DNA from: Candidatus Caldarchaeum sp.
GTDB taxonomy: Archaea; Thermoproteota; Nitrososphaeria_A; Caldarchaeales; Caldarchaeaceae
Assembly: GCA_038885755.1 (NCBI GenBank)
Contig: JAVZZH010000009.1
Location: forward strand, 1 to 11,499
Length of the DNA stretch: 11,499 bases
Reading direction: 5' to 3'
Under the pieces are notes generated by a model, which made no database searches, was not told the DNA's origin, and saw only the letters and a program-made list of their open reading frames with translations. Every line of letters begins with the position of its first letter. The first letter of the stretch is position 1. The position numbers and the translations under genes are program-made. Shown here piece by piece: positions 1-7,720 of this stretch.

Positions 1-2
1 TC

Positions 3-2051
3 GAGGCTGAGGCGGTGATGCTCGGCCAGCCGTACTACATGCAGACGCCCGAGGTTGTAGGTGTGAAGCTTGTGGGGGAGCTGCGTGAAGGCACGACCGC
101 CACCGACCTAGTCCTCACAATCACCGAGATGCTGAGAAAGCTGGGCGTCGTCGGCAAGTTCGTCGAGTTCTTCGGCCCCAGCCTGTATAAGCTCAGCGTG
201 CCCGACAGAGCCACAATAGCCAACATGGCCCCCGAGTACGGCGCAACAATAGGCTACTTCCCAGTAGACGACGAAACCCTGAACTACCTACGGCTTACAG
301 GCAGGAGCGAGAAACACATCAAGCTAGTCGAACATTACTCGAAGCTTCAAGGCCTTTTCTTCGACCCGTCGACGACCCCCGCCTACACAACCGTGGTCGA
401 GCTGGACCTCTCAACCGTGGAGCCGTCGATCGCAGGGCCAGCCAACCCAGAGGACAGAATTCCCCTGCGTGAAGCCAAGAAGAGGACAAGACAGCTTATC
501 GAGGAGTATCTCAAGCAGGCCGGCCAAGCCGTCCAAGCTGAGAATACAGGGGCCTGGCATTACGAGGGAGGAGGACCGAGGACCCAGACCGCTCAAGTGT
601 CTAGGAGGATGGAGGCTTCGGGGGACGGGCTGAGCCACGGGTCGGTTGTCATCGCTGCGATAACCAGCTGCACCAACACCTCCAACCCGTCGGTAATGGT
701 TGGAGCGGGACTTCTAGCCAAGAAAGCCGTCGAGAAGGGCCTAGCGAGAAAACCCTACGTCAAAACAAGCCTAGCCCCCGGCTCGACCGCAGTCGTGGAG
801 TACTTGGAGAAGGCTGGGCTGACGCCTTACCTCGAAAAGCTTGGCTACCACTTGGTAGGGTACGGCTGCACAACTTGCATAGGCAACAGCGGGCCTCTGC
901 CGGAAGAAGTGGCTAAGGAGATCAGGTCCAATAACCTGTACACCGTGGCCGTGCTCAGCGGGAACAGGAACTTCGAGGGGAGGATAAACCCGCTGGTAAG
1001 GGCTAGCTACCTGATGTCCCCGATGCTCGTCGTTGCCTACGGGCTAGCTGGGAGAATCGACGTAGACTTGTTGAACGAGCCGTTAGGCGTCGGCTCTGGA
1101 GGTGCTCCTGTCTACTTGAGGGACATCTGGCCGAGACTGGAGGAGATTAAGCAGGCGGTCGCAGAAGCCCTCAGCCCCGAGATATTCATCCGGAAGTACG
1201 CCGACATCCTTAAGGGTGAGCAGAGGTGGGAGAGGCTCAGCCCTCCGCCGGGCCAAGCCTTCGCATGGGACAGCTCCTCAACCTACATAAGGGAGCCTCC
1301 GTACTTTGAAAACCTTAGTCTCGAGCCGGCGCCGTTCAAAGACATCGTGAACGCGAGAGTGCTGGTGCTTCTCGGCGACAGGGTGACGACAGACCACATA
1401 TCTCCGGCCGGCGCCATCCCTCCGACCAGCCCGGCTGGCAGGTACTTGATGGACAGGAACGTTTCTCCGCAGGAGTTCAACACCTACGGAGCCCGGAGAG
1501 GCAACCACGAGGTTATGATCCGGGGAACGTTCGGGAACATAAGGCTCAAAAACCATCTCGTCGAGGGCAAAGAGGGCTGGTGGACGGTCTACCATCCTAC
1601 GGGCGAGGTTGCGACCATCTACGACGCCGCCACGAGATACATGGCTGAAAAGACGCCTCTCATTGTTCTGGCAGGTAAGATGTACGGCGCCGGCAGCTCG
1701 AGGGACTGGGCGGCGAAGGGAACCATGCTCCTCGGCGTGAAGGCGGTGATAGCTGAGAGCTTCGAAAGGATTCATCGCAGCAACTTGGTTGGAATGGGCG
1801 TGCTGCCGATGCAGTTTGAGGAGGGAGAGGGCTGGCGCCAGCTTGGGCTGAACGGGTCGGAGGTTTACAGCATAACAGGCATAGCCGAGGGCCTGCATCC
1901 CAAGAAGAAGCTGACAGTCAAGGCGGTTGACAGGAACGGCGGAACTACGGTCTTCAGGGCCACGGCGCGGCTGGACACCAGCATAGAGGTCGAGTACTAC
2001 AGGCACGGAGGAATACTCCAGTACGTCCTGAGGAGCATGATGAAACAATAA
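3..2051 (+). CDS. acnA: Aconitate hydratase AcnA, 5'-truncated by the window edge
   Basis: The frame is open from position 3 (EAEAVMLGQP, matching the AcnA GIEAEAxMLGQP motif), so the true start lies upstream of the window. It contains DRATIANMAPEYGAT, the Fe-S ligand motifs AAITSCTNTSNP and GYGCTTCIGNSG, plus SGNRNFEGR, TTDHISPAG, RRGNHEVMIRGTF, YGAGSSRDWAAKG and SFERIHRSNLVGMG. Stop TAA is at 2049-2051. Confidence 0.98.
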   Translation, partial: EAEAVMLGQPYYMQTPEVVGVKLVGELREGTTATDLVLTITEMLRKLGVVGKFVEFFGPSLYKLSVPDRATIANMAPEYGATIGYFPVDDETLNYLRLTGRSEKHIKLVEHYSKLQGLFFDPSTTPAYTTVVELDLSTVEPSIAGPANPEDRIPLREAKKRTRQLIEEYLKQAGQAVQAENTGAWHYEGGGPRTQTAQVSRRMEASGDGLSHGSVVIAAITSCTNTSNPSVMVGAGLLAKKAVEKGLARKPYVKTSLAPGSTAVVEYLEKAGLTPYLEKLGYHLVGYGCTTCIGNSGPLPEEVAKEIRSNNLYTVAVLSGNRNFEGRINPLVRASYLMSPMLVVAYGLAGRIDVDLLNEPLGVGSGGAPVYLRDIWPRLEEIKQAVAEALSPEIFIRKYADILKGEQRWERLSPPPGQAFAWDSSSTYIREPPYFENLSLEPAPFKDIVNARVLVLLGDRVTTDHISPAGAIPPTSPAGRYLMDRNVSPQEFNTYGARRGNHEVMIRGTFGNIRLKNHLVEGKEGWWTVYHPTGEVATIYDAATRYMAEKTPLIVLAGKMYGAGSSRDWAAKGTMLLGVKAVIAESFERIHRSNLVGMGVLPMQFEEGEGWRQLGLNGSEVYSITGIAEGLHPKKKLTVKAVDRNGGTTVFRATARLDTSIEVEYYRHGGILQYVLRSMMKQ

Positions 2052-2087
2052 AGGTTTACATGCAAGCGCTGACTGTTAGGTTCTGAC

Positions 2088-2393
2088 ATGGCGGAAGACG
2101 TTGACGACGAAGCGTTGAAAGAGCTGTCTGAAGTCTTCTCGGCTCTCGGCAACCCGCTAAGGCTCAAGATGCTGAAAGTCGTCTCGACGAGCGACCGCCC
2201 GCTCCACATCAAGGCTGTAGCCAAGCTTACCAAGACAAGGTATGCCCTAGCATACAAACACGTCAAGACGCTCGAGAAAGCGGGGCTCGTCACTATCTAT
2301 GAGGTGGGGCGTTCGAGGGTTGTTGCTCCGAGGTCTCCCGCCGTCTTCGATAGGGCTGTTTCTCTGGGAAGGGAGATAGTAGTGAAGAAATAA
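2088..2393 (+). CDS. ArsR/SmtB-like winged helix-turn-helix transcriptional regulator
   Basis: 101 aa. FSALGNPLRLKML and the helix AYKHVKTLEKAGLV followed by a wing (YEVGRSRVV) are typical of the ArsR family. It has no Cys, so no Cys-based metal site. A TATA-like TTTACAT lies at 2055-2061. Confidence 0.85.
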   Translation: MAEDVDDEALKELSEVFSALGNPLRLKMLKVVSTSDRPLHIKAVAKLTKTRYALAYKHVKTLEKAGLVTIYEVGRSRVVAPRSPAVFDRAVSLGREIVVKK

Positions 2394-2440
2394 TTTTACT
2401 AAAAAGTTAACCTATTTTCACGAAAAATCATACTTATATT
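2394..2440 (+). promoter_or_regulatory. Promoter of the ECF S-component gene, with two upstream palindromes (candidate operators)
   Basis: TATA-like TTATATT at 2434-2440, about 25 nt before ATG 2465. Dyads are TTTTAcTAAAA (2394-2404), GTTAAC (2406-2411) and TTTTCacGAAAA (2415-2426). Confidence 0.55.
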
Positions 2441-2464
2441 CTACCGAAAAAACAACCTATCCAT

Positions 2465-3088
2465 ATGAATAAGGTGAAAAATCTAGCAGGAGCATCGTCT
2501 TTCGCGGCCTTGGCCTACGTGATGGGGCTAGCGCCGGCCAGCATACCTTTCCCGCTTCTGCCGTTCCTACGCTTCGACCTAGCCGAGATACCGGACCTGC
2601 TGTCGTTCATCATCTTCGGATGGAAGTACGGCCTGATAACAGCCCTCGCCCACTGGTACGGGCTAGTGATAACCGCCCAAGGAGTATTCGCCCCTCCGCC
2701 CATCCCGCAGCTTATGAAGTTGACCGCAGTGCTGGCCACTTTCCTCGGCGTCTACTTGGGCACGAGAATCTCCAAGAGGTTTGGAAAAGCCCAGACAGCG
2801 TCCGCAACAGCCATGGCGGTTTTGACTAGGGCTGGAGTCATGGCTCCGATAACCTTCGCCCTCTACTACCTGCTCTTCCCCACCATCTACCTGCCTTTCG
2901 GCAAAAGAGTGCTGTCCACAGCCGGCTACGTGGTCGACTCCGACCTCGCCGTCGCAACGCTCATAACAGGCTTCACGGCGGCTTTCAACGCCCTAGCAGC
3001 GCTCTACCTCGTTCCACTCTGCTTCTCCATCGCAAAAGCTTTGAAGAGGGCGTTGGGACATCGTCTGGTTTTGGCGGAGGCTGTCTGA
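2465..3088 (+). CDS. ECF transporter substrate-binding S-component, RibU/PanT-like (riboflavin most likely)
   Basis: 207 aa with about 5-6 hydrophobic segments. The N-terminal PFLRFDLAEIP resembles the RibU-type FLKxDFSD(I/V)P motif and is followed by FIIFGWKYG. The C-terminal AAFNAL resembles the family's PFNL. The substrate is inferred. Confidence 0.75.
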   Translation: MNKVKNLAGASSFAALAYVMGLAPASIPFPLLPFLRFDLAEIPDLLSFIIFGWKYGLITALAHWYGLVITAQGVFAPPPIPQLMKLTAVLATFLGVYLGTRISKRFGKAQTASATAMAVLTRAGVMAPITFALYYLLFPTIYLPFGKRVLSTAGYVVDSDLAVATLITGFTAAFNALAALYLVPLCFSIAKALKRALGHRLVLAEAV

Positions 3089-3118
3089 CCCCCTCCCCCC
3101 CGCACGGAGGCCGCCACA

Positions 3119-3127
3119 TTTTATAAA
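3119..3127 (+). promoter_or_regulatory. Archaeal TATA box of radA
   Basis: TTTTATAAA in GC-rich context, about 30 nt upstream of ATG 3158. Confidence 0.7.
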
Positions 3128-3157
3128 CCTCCCAAACCGGTAGAAGCTCGAACAGCC

Positions 3158-4159
3158 ATGGTGGTTAAGAAAGCGGCTGAGAAGGAGCTGGATGTCTTCG
3201 ACCTTCAGAGCGTCGAGGGCGTGGGCAAGGCGACGGAGGAGAAGCTCAACGCCGCCGGAATAACGTCGGTGCTGGACTTGGCGGCTGCTACGCCTAGGGA
3301 GCTTGTGGAGATTGGGCTGAGCTCTGAGAAGGCTGAGGAGCTGTGTCTCAAGGCGCGGCTTCTGCTCATCGAGAGCGGCTTCCTCGACAAGGAGTTCGTC
3401 CCGGCCACGGAGGTTTTGGAGAGGAGGAAGGCCATGCAGAGGGTTACCACGGGGTCGAACGCCATCGACTCGATGCTGGGCGGTGGTGTGGAGACGCAGG
3501 CTATCACGGAGCTGATAGGCGAGTACGGCAGCGGCAAAACCCAGCTCTGCCACACGCTTTGTGTTATGACGCAGCTTCCACGCCAGCAGGGAGGGCTTGA
3601 GGGCACGGCCATCTACATCGACACGGAGGCAACGTTCAGGCCTGAGAGAGTAAGCCAGATAGCTGAGGCTCGTGGCCTCGACCCGCAGAAGATACTGGAG
3701 AACGTAATATTCGCCAGCGTCTACAACTCCAGTCATCTACAGCTCACGGTCAAGGAGCTTGGCCGGTACATCGAGAAGTACAAGGCGCGGCTTGTCGTCG
3801 TCGACTCGATCATCTCACACTTCAGGGCCGAGTACGTGGGGCGTGGGACGTTGGCTGAGAGGCAGCAGCGGTTGAACGACCTGCTTCACAGGATTCTCCG
3901 CACAGCCCAAGTCCACAACGTAGCCGTCGTCGTGACCAATCAAGTCCAAGCCAACCCCGACCAGTTCTTCGGCGACCCCAACAAACCCAGCGGAGGCCAC
4001 GTACTAGCCCACAGCAGCACATACCGCATCTTCATCCGGAGAGCAGCCAACAACACACGACTCGCCCGCATCATAGACAGCCCCTACCACCCGCCGACAG
4101 CCGAAGCATACTTCAAAATCACCGAGAGAGGCGTCGAAGACCTGCAGGAAGGAAAATAA
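3158..4159 (+). CDS. radA: DNA repair and recombination protein RadA (archaeal Rad51 homolog), no intein
   Basis: N-terminal HhH domain (VEGVGKATEEKL), polymerisation motif F(VP)A, Walker A GEYGSGKT, YIDTEATFRPER, Walker B LVVVDS, FRAEYVGRGTLAERQQ, VVVTNQV, GGHVLAH and ARIIDSP. The 333 aa length is normal. Confidence 0.98.
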   Translation: MVVKKAAEKELDVFDLQSVEGVGKATEEKLNAAGITSVLDLAAATPRELVEIGLSSEKAEELCLKARLLLIESGFLDKEFVPATEVLERRKAMQRVTTGSNAIDSMLGGGVETQAITELIGEYGSGKTQLCHTLCVMTQLPRQQGGLEGTAIYIDTEATFRPERVSQIAEARGLDPQKILENVIFASVYNSSHLQLTVKELGRYIEKYKARLVVVDSIISHFRAEYVGRGTLAERQQRLNDLLHRILRTAQVHNVAVVVTNQVQANPDQFFGDPNKPSGGHVLAHSSTYRIFIRRAANNTRLARIIDSPYHPPTAEAYFKITERGVEDLQEGK

Positions 4160-4377
4160 CACAGACATCCACAACCACGACAGTAAACCAAGCTAGGAAA
4201 GCAATTCACCGGAAAAGTCTCAGGATACTAGAGACGAATTCCAGTAGCTGAAGAGGGCCCGTGTACTGATTGATGCCCTGACTTGACCGGGGCCCCAGGC
4301 TTAAAGGGCTTTAGAAAACAACCAAGACAGGTGTTGTCCTTATTTTTGGTTGCTTCCCAAAAATGAGTGAGATGACA

Positions 4378-4399
4378 TAAAAAATTTTTACTTTAAATA
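4378..4399 (+). promoter_or_regulatory. Promoter of the surface-protein gene
   Basis: TTTAAATA at 4392-4399, about 22 nt before ATG 4421. It is preceded by the palindrome AAAAATTTTT (4380-4389) in a very AT-rich stretch. Confidence 0.55.
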
Positions 4400-4420
4400 A
4401 TCGCATACATATTATTATTT

Positions 4421-5260
4421 ATGAAATACTCTGCCCAGACGGCTCTTGTGCTTGTGGGGGTTTTGTTATGGCTCCCTTCTGCGTTCTCTCAAGACGTCGT
4501 AGTCAAGGATTATGGATTTTACGGAGCAGTGGACAGCCGGAACATGGTGACAAACCCAGCTACCGTGGTTGTGGACGGTCAGAAGATCGGCTTCTTCACA
4601 ACCGCTAACAGCAGGGCATACCTGTACGTCCTTTTCGAATCAATCAAGTCCCCGTACGATCTTTTGTTCAGATGGGTCGGCCCCAAGGGTGAGGTGATAG
4701 AAGTCCCGTTAAGAAGCACGCAGCAAGGCGTTTTCACATCATACTGGGTCTGGTCGTCGTTGGCCATTAATGAGAACCGATCTCTCGGACTTTGGAATGT
4801 AGTTGTGCTCTACAACAACAGGCAAATACTCGAGGCTTCCTTTGTTCTCCAAACTCCTCAGATCGTCATCGACCGCATCAACGAACTACTCGAGGAGAAT
4901 GAAAAGCTCGCCTCCGAGCTCGAAGCCTCGAAGACGGAGGTGAAGACGCTTAATGAAAACTTGGCTAAAACATCAGGCCAGCTGCAGCAAATCCAGTCGG
5001 AGAAGAGCAGGCTTGAGTCTGACTTAAGGGACCTCACGGACAGACTGTCTAAGACAAACAGTGAGCTCCAGCAAGCCCAAGCCACCAATAAACAGTTGTC
5101 AGACAAGCTGGCACAGGAAATCGACAAGAGCAACAGCCTTGAGCAACAGCGCCTATTGCTCGTCGCAGCCACAGTAGTTGCGGCGGCAGTCGGAGGAGTA
5201 GCTGCAGTGATGGGTAGGCGTGGAAGAAGCCCACCGCCACCGCCCCCACCACCCCAGTAG
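4421..5260 (+). CDS. Single-pass, membrane-anchored cell-surface protein: signal peptide, beta-rich (Ig-like) domain, coiled-coil stalk, C-terminal TM helix, poly-Pro tail
   Basis: Signal peptide MKYSAQTALVLVGVLLWLPSAFS. Beta-rich segment with W-x2-P-x-G...YWVWS...GLWNVVV...F. Heptad Leu repeats run about 95 aa (IDRINELLEENEKL...LEQQR). TM segment LLLVAATVVAAAVGGVAAVM is followed by RRGRSPPPPPPPPQ. Confidence 0.8.
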   Translation: MKYSAQTALVLVGVLLWLPSAFSQDVVVKDYGFYGAVDSRNMVTNPATVVVDGQKIGFFTTANSRAYLYVLFESIKSPYDLLFRWVGPKGEVIEVPLRSTQQGVFTSYWVWSSLAINENRSLGLWNVVVLYNNRQILEASFVLQTPQIVIDRINELLEENEKLASELEASKTEVKTLNENLAKTSGQLQQIQSEKSRLESDLRDLTDRLSKTNSELQQAQATNKQLSDKLAQEIDKSNSLEQQRLLLVAATVVAAAVGGVAAVMGRRGRSPPPPPPPPQ

Positions 5261-5262
5261 TT

Positions 5263-6645
5263 TTATTGATATTTTTTCATCTTCACTATGTGGACGGGTT
5301 CTTCGACCAGCCCGTAGGTAAGCACGAATGTCTCGCCGCTTTCGGCTATCCCTCTCTCTTCAAGCGTTTGCTCCAGCTTTTCAAGGCCCTCCGTGTAGTT
5401 TCGAGCCTCGACAACAATCGGCATGACTCCCCACATCAATTCGAGGCGTGGAAGTACGTGGGTGTTCGGGGTTGCTGCGATTACCCCGCTAACGGGCTTG
5501 AACCGTGCTATCCGTCGCGCCATGTTTCCGTTCATGGTGAATATTGCTATCCGAGCGGCCAGAGACTCGGCGAGGTTGACCACGGATAATGCGAACCTGT
5601 CCAGAACCTCTGCGTCAGGCGGAAGCGTTCTACGGGGCCTGACGCCTTTTTCATAGGTTTCAGCTATGTTAGCCAACCACTGAATTGACTCGAGCGGGTA
5701 CCTGCCCACAGCCGTTTCAGCCGTCAGCATTAAAACATCAACACCATCCTCAACACATGACATAACGTCGACTATCTCGCTTCTCGACGGAACAGGCTCG
5801 TTAACCATGGTGCCGAGAAGCTGCGTCGCCACTATGACGGGTTTGCAGGCTTTGAACGCAACCTCTATTATCGTCTTCTGCAGCCGAGGAACTATTTCGA
5901 GCTGAAAATGCATCCCAAGGTCGCCGCGGGCTATCAAAACAGCGTCGGAAACCTCGGCTATCCTCTCTATGTTCCTAACCGATGAAGGAGTTTCAACCTT
6001 GGCTATCAACCCTATCTTCGAGCCCGCAGACTCTAAGTAGGATTTGACTGAGAGAACGTCTTCAGGGTTTCTGACGAAGCTTAAGCCTAAGAAGTCCATG
6101 CCCAGCTCCATGGCGGAGTCAATCTGCTGCCGGCTGTCTTCTAGATAATTTTGTGATGCCACTTCCTTACCTCTGATTACGACGGATTTGTTGGGTGATA
6201 AGGCGACTTGACGAATGGCCTCGGCCGTGATTGAAGATTCCGTTCTGCCGACAACCTTTAGCATTCCCCTTCCGTCGTCAGTGACGAGCATGTCCCCTAT
6301 TTCCACTGTTTTGAAGAACTCGGGATGGGGGAGTTTGACGCCGGAATCAAGGTGGAAGGAAACGGTCTCCCCTACGTTGAGAAACAACGGTTTATCAAGG
6401 CCTGCAACTCTCACAGAGTTGCCCTTCAAATCACCCACCAAGACAATTCTGCACCCAGCTTTTTCAGCAGCCTCCCTCGCAGCCTCAACTAGCCTCCTCC
6501 AGAAAGCCGGGTCGCCGTGGCTGAAGTTTATCCTAAAAACCCTGCAGCCCAGAGATATGGCCTTGGCTATGTCCTCGGCAGCTGAAAGCGAAGGGCCGAG
6601 CGTGCAGGCCAGCTTAGTCTTCACAAAAACCACAACCAACGCCAA
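5263..6645 (-). CDS. pyk: Pyruvate kinase
   Basis: KTKLACTLGPS, FRINFSHG, DFLGLSFVR, IAKVET, LIARGDLG, VIVATQLL and MLTAETAVGRYP. The start is uncertain: TTG 6645, or the in-frame GTG at 6633 or 6624. Confidence 0.97.
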   Translation of the reverse strand: MALVVVFVKTKLACTLGPSLSAAEDIAKAISLGCRVFRINFSHGDPAFWRRLVEAAREAAEKAGCRIVLVGDLKGNSVRVAGLDKPLFLNVGETVSFHLDSGVKLPHPEFFKTVEIGDMLVTDDGRGMLKVVGRTESSITAEAIRQVALSPNKSVVIRGKEVASQNYLEDSRQQIDSAMELGMDFLGLSFVRNPEDVLSVKSYLESAGSKIGLIAKVETPSSVRNIERIAEVSDAVLIARGDLGMHFQLEIVPRLQKTIIEVAFKACKPVIVATQLLGTMVNEPVPSRSEIVDVMSCVEDGVDVLMLTAETAVGRYPLESIQWLANIAETYEKGVRPRRTLPPDAEVLDRFALSVVNLAESLAARIAIFTMNGNMARRIARFKPVSGVIAATPNTHVLPRLELMWGVMPIVVEARNYTEGLEKLEQTLEERGIAESGETFVLTYGLVEEPVHIVKMKKYQ

Positions 6646-6823
6646 CGTAAAATACTTGAGCCACGCCTCCTCAGCCTAGCCTTCTCCAACATCAAGCCAT
6701 ACACCGCTCCATTAACCCGGCAACAACACACAGCACAATCCCAAGACAAGCCCGAGCCGATGAGGTGTCGAGAACTATCGCCATACTTCAAGGATTTTTA
6801 GAGGGAGGCGATGTTTGTCTACG

Positions 6824-7720
6824 ATGGTCAAGGTAAGCGTCGCTGTTGAGGGAGATAAATCGCTTGCGACCTATCTGGAGATTGCTTCACGGATGGACGC
6901 CGCTGGTTTTTACTCGCTGCAGTTCTACGAGCATCTACCCTACAGGCCTGCATGGGGCATCGCTCTAGCTGTAGCGCATCACGTCAGAAGAATAAAGCTA
7001 GGGCCCGTCACTGTTCCGGCGAAGCTCTACAGCCCGGTTGTCAACGCTCGCCTCCTCGCCTACCTACAATCCGTGAGCCCCGGGGCCTTGCTCGGAATCT
7101 CCCGGGGAGCTTACATGGGAGCTGGAAGGGCTACGGTTCAAGAGGTTGCGGACGCCGTGAGACAGACCTTCGAGGAGATTGACAGGATTGAATGGGCTAG
7201 GGAAAGCAAACCCGTAGTGTATGTCGGCACGAGCGGGCCTCTGTTGACCCGCAAGGCCTCTGCTCTGCACGACGTCAAAGGAATTGTGGTTGACAACCTT
7301 GCAAACCCTGCTTACGCCAGGGAGATGCGGAAATGGATGGATGAGTCTGGTGGAGCTGATAAAGAGCTTGTCGCAAGACCTTTCTCCTTCATCTCGGAAA
7401 AGCAGGAGGAGATTGACCGCTTTATCGAAGAGCTTAGAAGATACGTCGTCGACCTCGTGGACGGCTCTCCCATGCTTAGGGCCGCTGGTCTCGAGCCTCG
7501 CGACTTGGATGAAGACGATGATGAGGTTAGGGCTAGGATGCTTGATAGCTTTGCGGTCTGCGGCTCGGTTGAAGAGGTGTTGGAGAAATGCGTGGCGCTG
7601 CTGCGTTCCGGGGTGTCGCATCTATGTTTCGGCCACCCAGTCTCGCCGAACCCGGTTGAGGGCGTTAGGATTATTGCTGAAAAGCTGCTTCCGTCTCTGT
7701 CTGAACAGTTCAGCAGCTAG
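6824..7720 (+). CDS. LLM-class flavin/F420-dependent oxidoreductase (luciferase-like, Mer-like)
   Basis: AAGFYSLQFYEH, IKLGPVTV, LLGISRG, PVVYVGTSGP and a C-terminal FAVCGSVEEVLEK...GVSHLCFGHP typical of Mer-like LLM enzymes. ATG 6824 is preferred over TTG 6815 because TTTTTAGA (6795-6802) sits about 22 nt upstream. The stop shares CTAG (7717-7720) with the convergent permease gene. Confidence 0.8.
   Translation: MVKVSVAVEGDKSLATYLEIASRMDAAGFYSLQFYEHLPYRPAWGIALAVAHHVRRIKLGPVTVPAKLYSPVVNARLLAYLQSVSPGALLGISRGAYMGAGRATVQEVADAVRQTFEEIDRIEWARESKPVVYVGTSGPLLTRKASALHDVKGIVVDNLANPAYAREMRKWMDESGGADKELVARPFSFISEKQEEIDRFIEELRRYVVDLVDGSPMLRAAGLEPRDLDEDDDEVRARMLDSFAVCGSVEEVLEKCVALLRSGVSHLCFGHPVSPNPVEGVRIIAEKLLPSLSEQFSS

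Noticed and set aside
490-640. Low-complexity insert in aconitase (QAGQAVQAENTGAWHYEGGGP...)
   Set aside because: It falls in the length-variable region before HGSVVIAAITSC in AcnA, is in frame, and shows no intein or intron hallmarks.
3086-3160. The ECF gene's TGA is followed by 23 sense codons (PPPPRTEAA...) in frame with radA, suggesting a readthrough fusion
   Set aside because: The spacer holds a strong TATA box for radA, both proteins are already full-length, and such in-frame spacers arise easily by chance in GC-rich DNA.
3158-4159. RadA intein
   Set aside because: The length is normal and the sequence after Walker A (GKTQLCH) is continuous.
7717-7720. Convergent genes sharing the CTAG stop palindrome; also the 2-nt gap at 5261-5262
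   Set aside because: Common in compact archaeal genomes, with no sign of special function.
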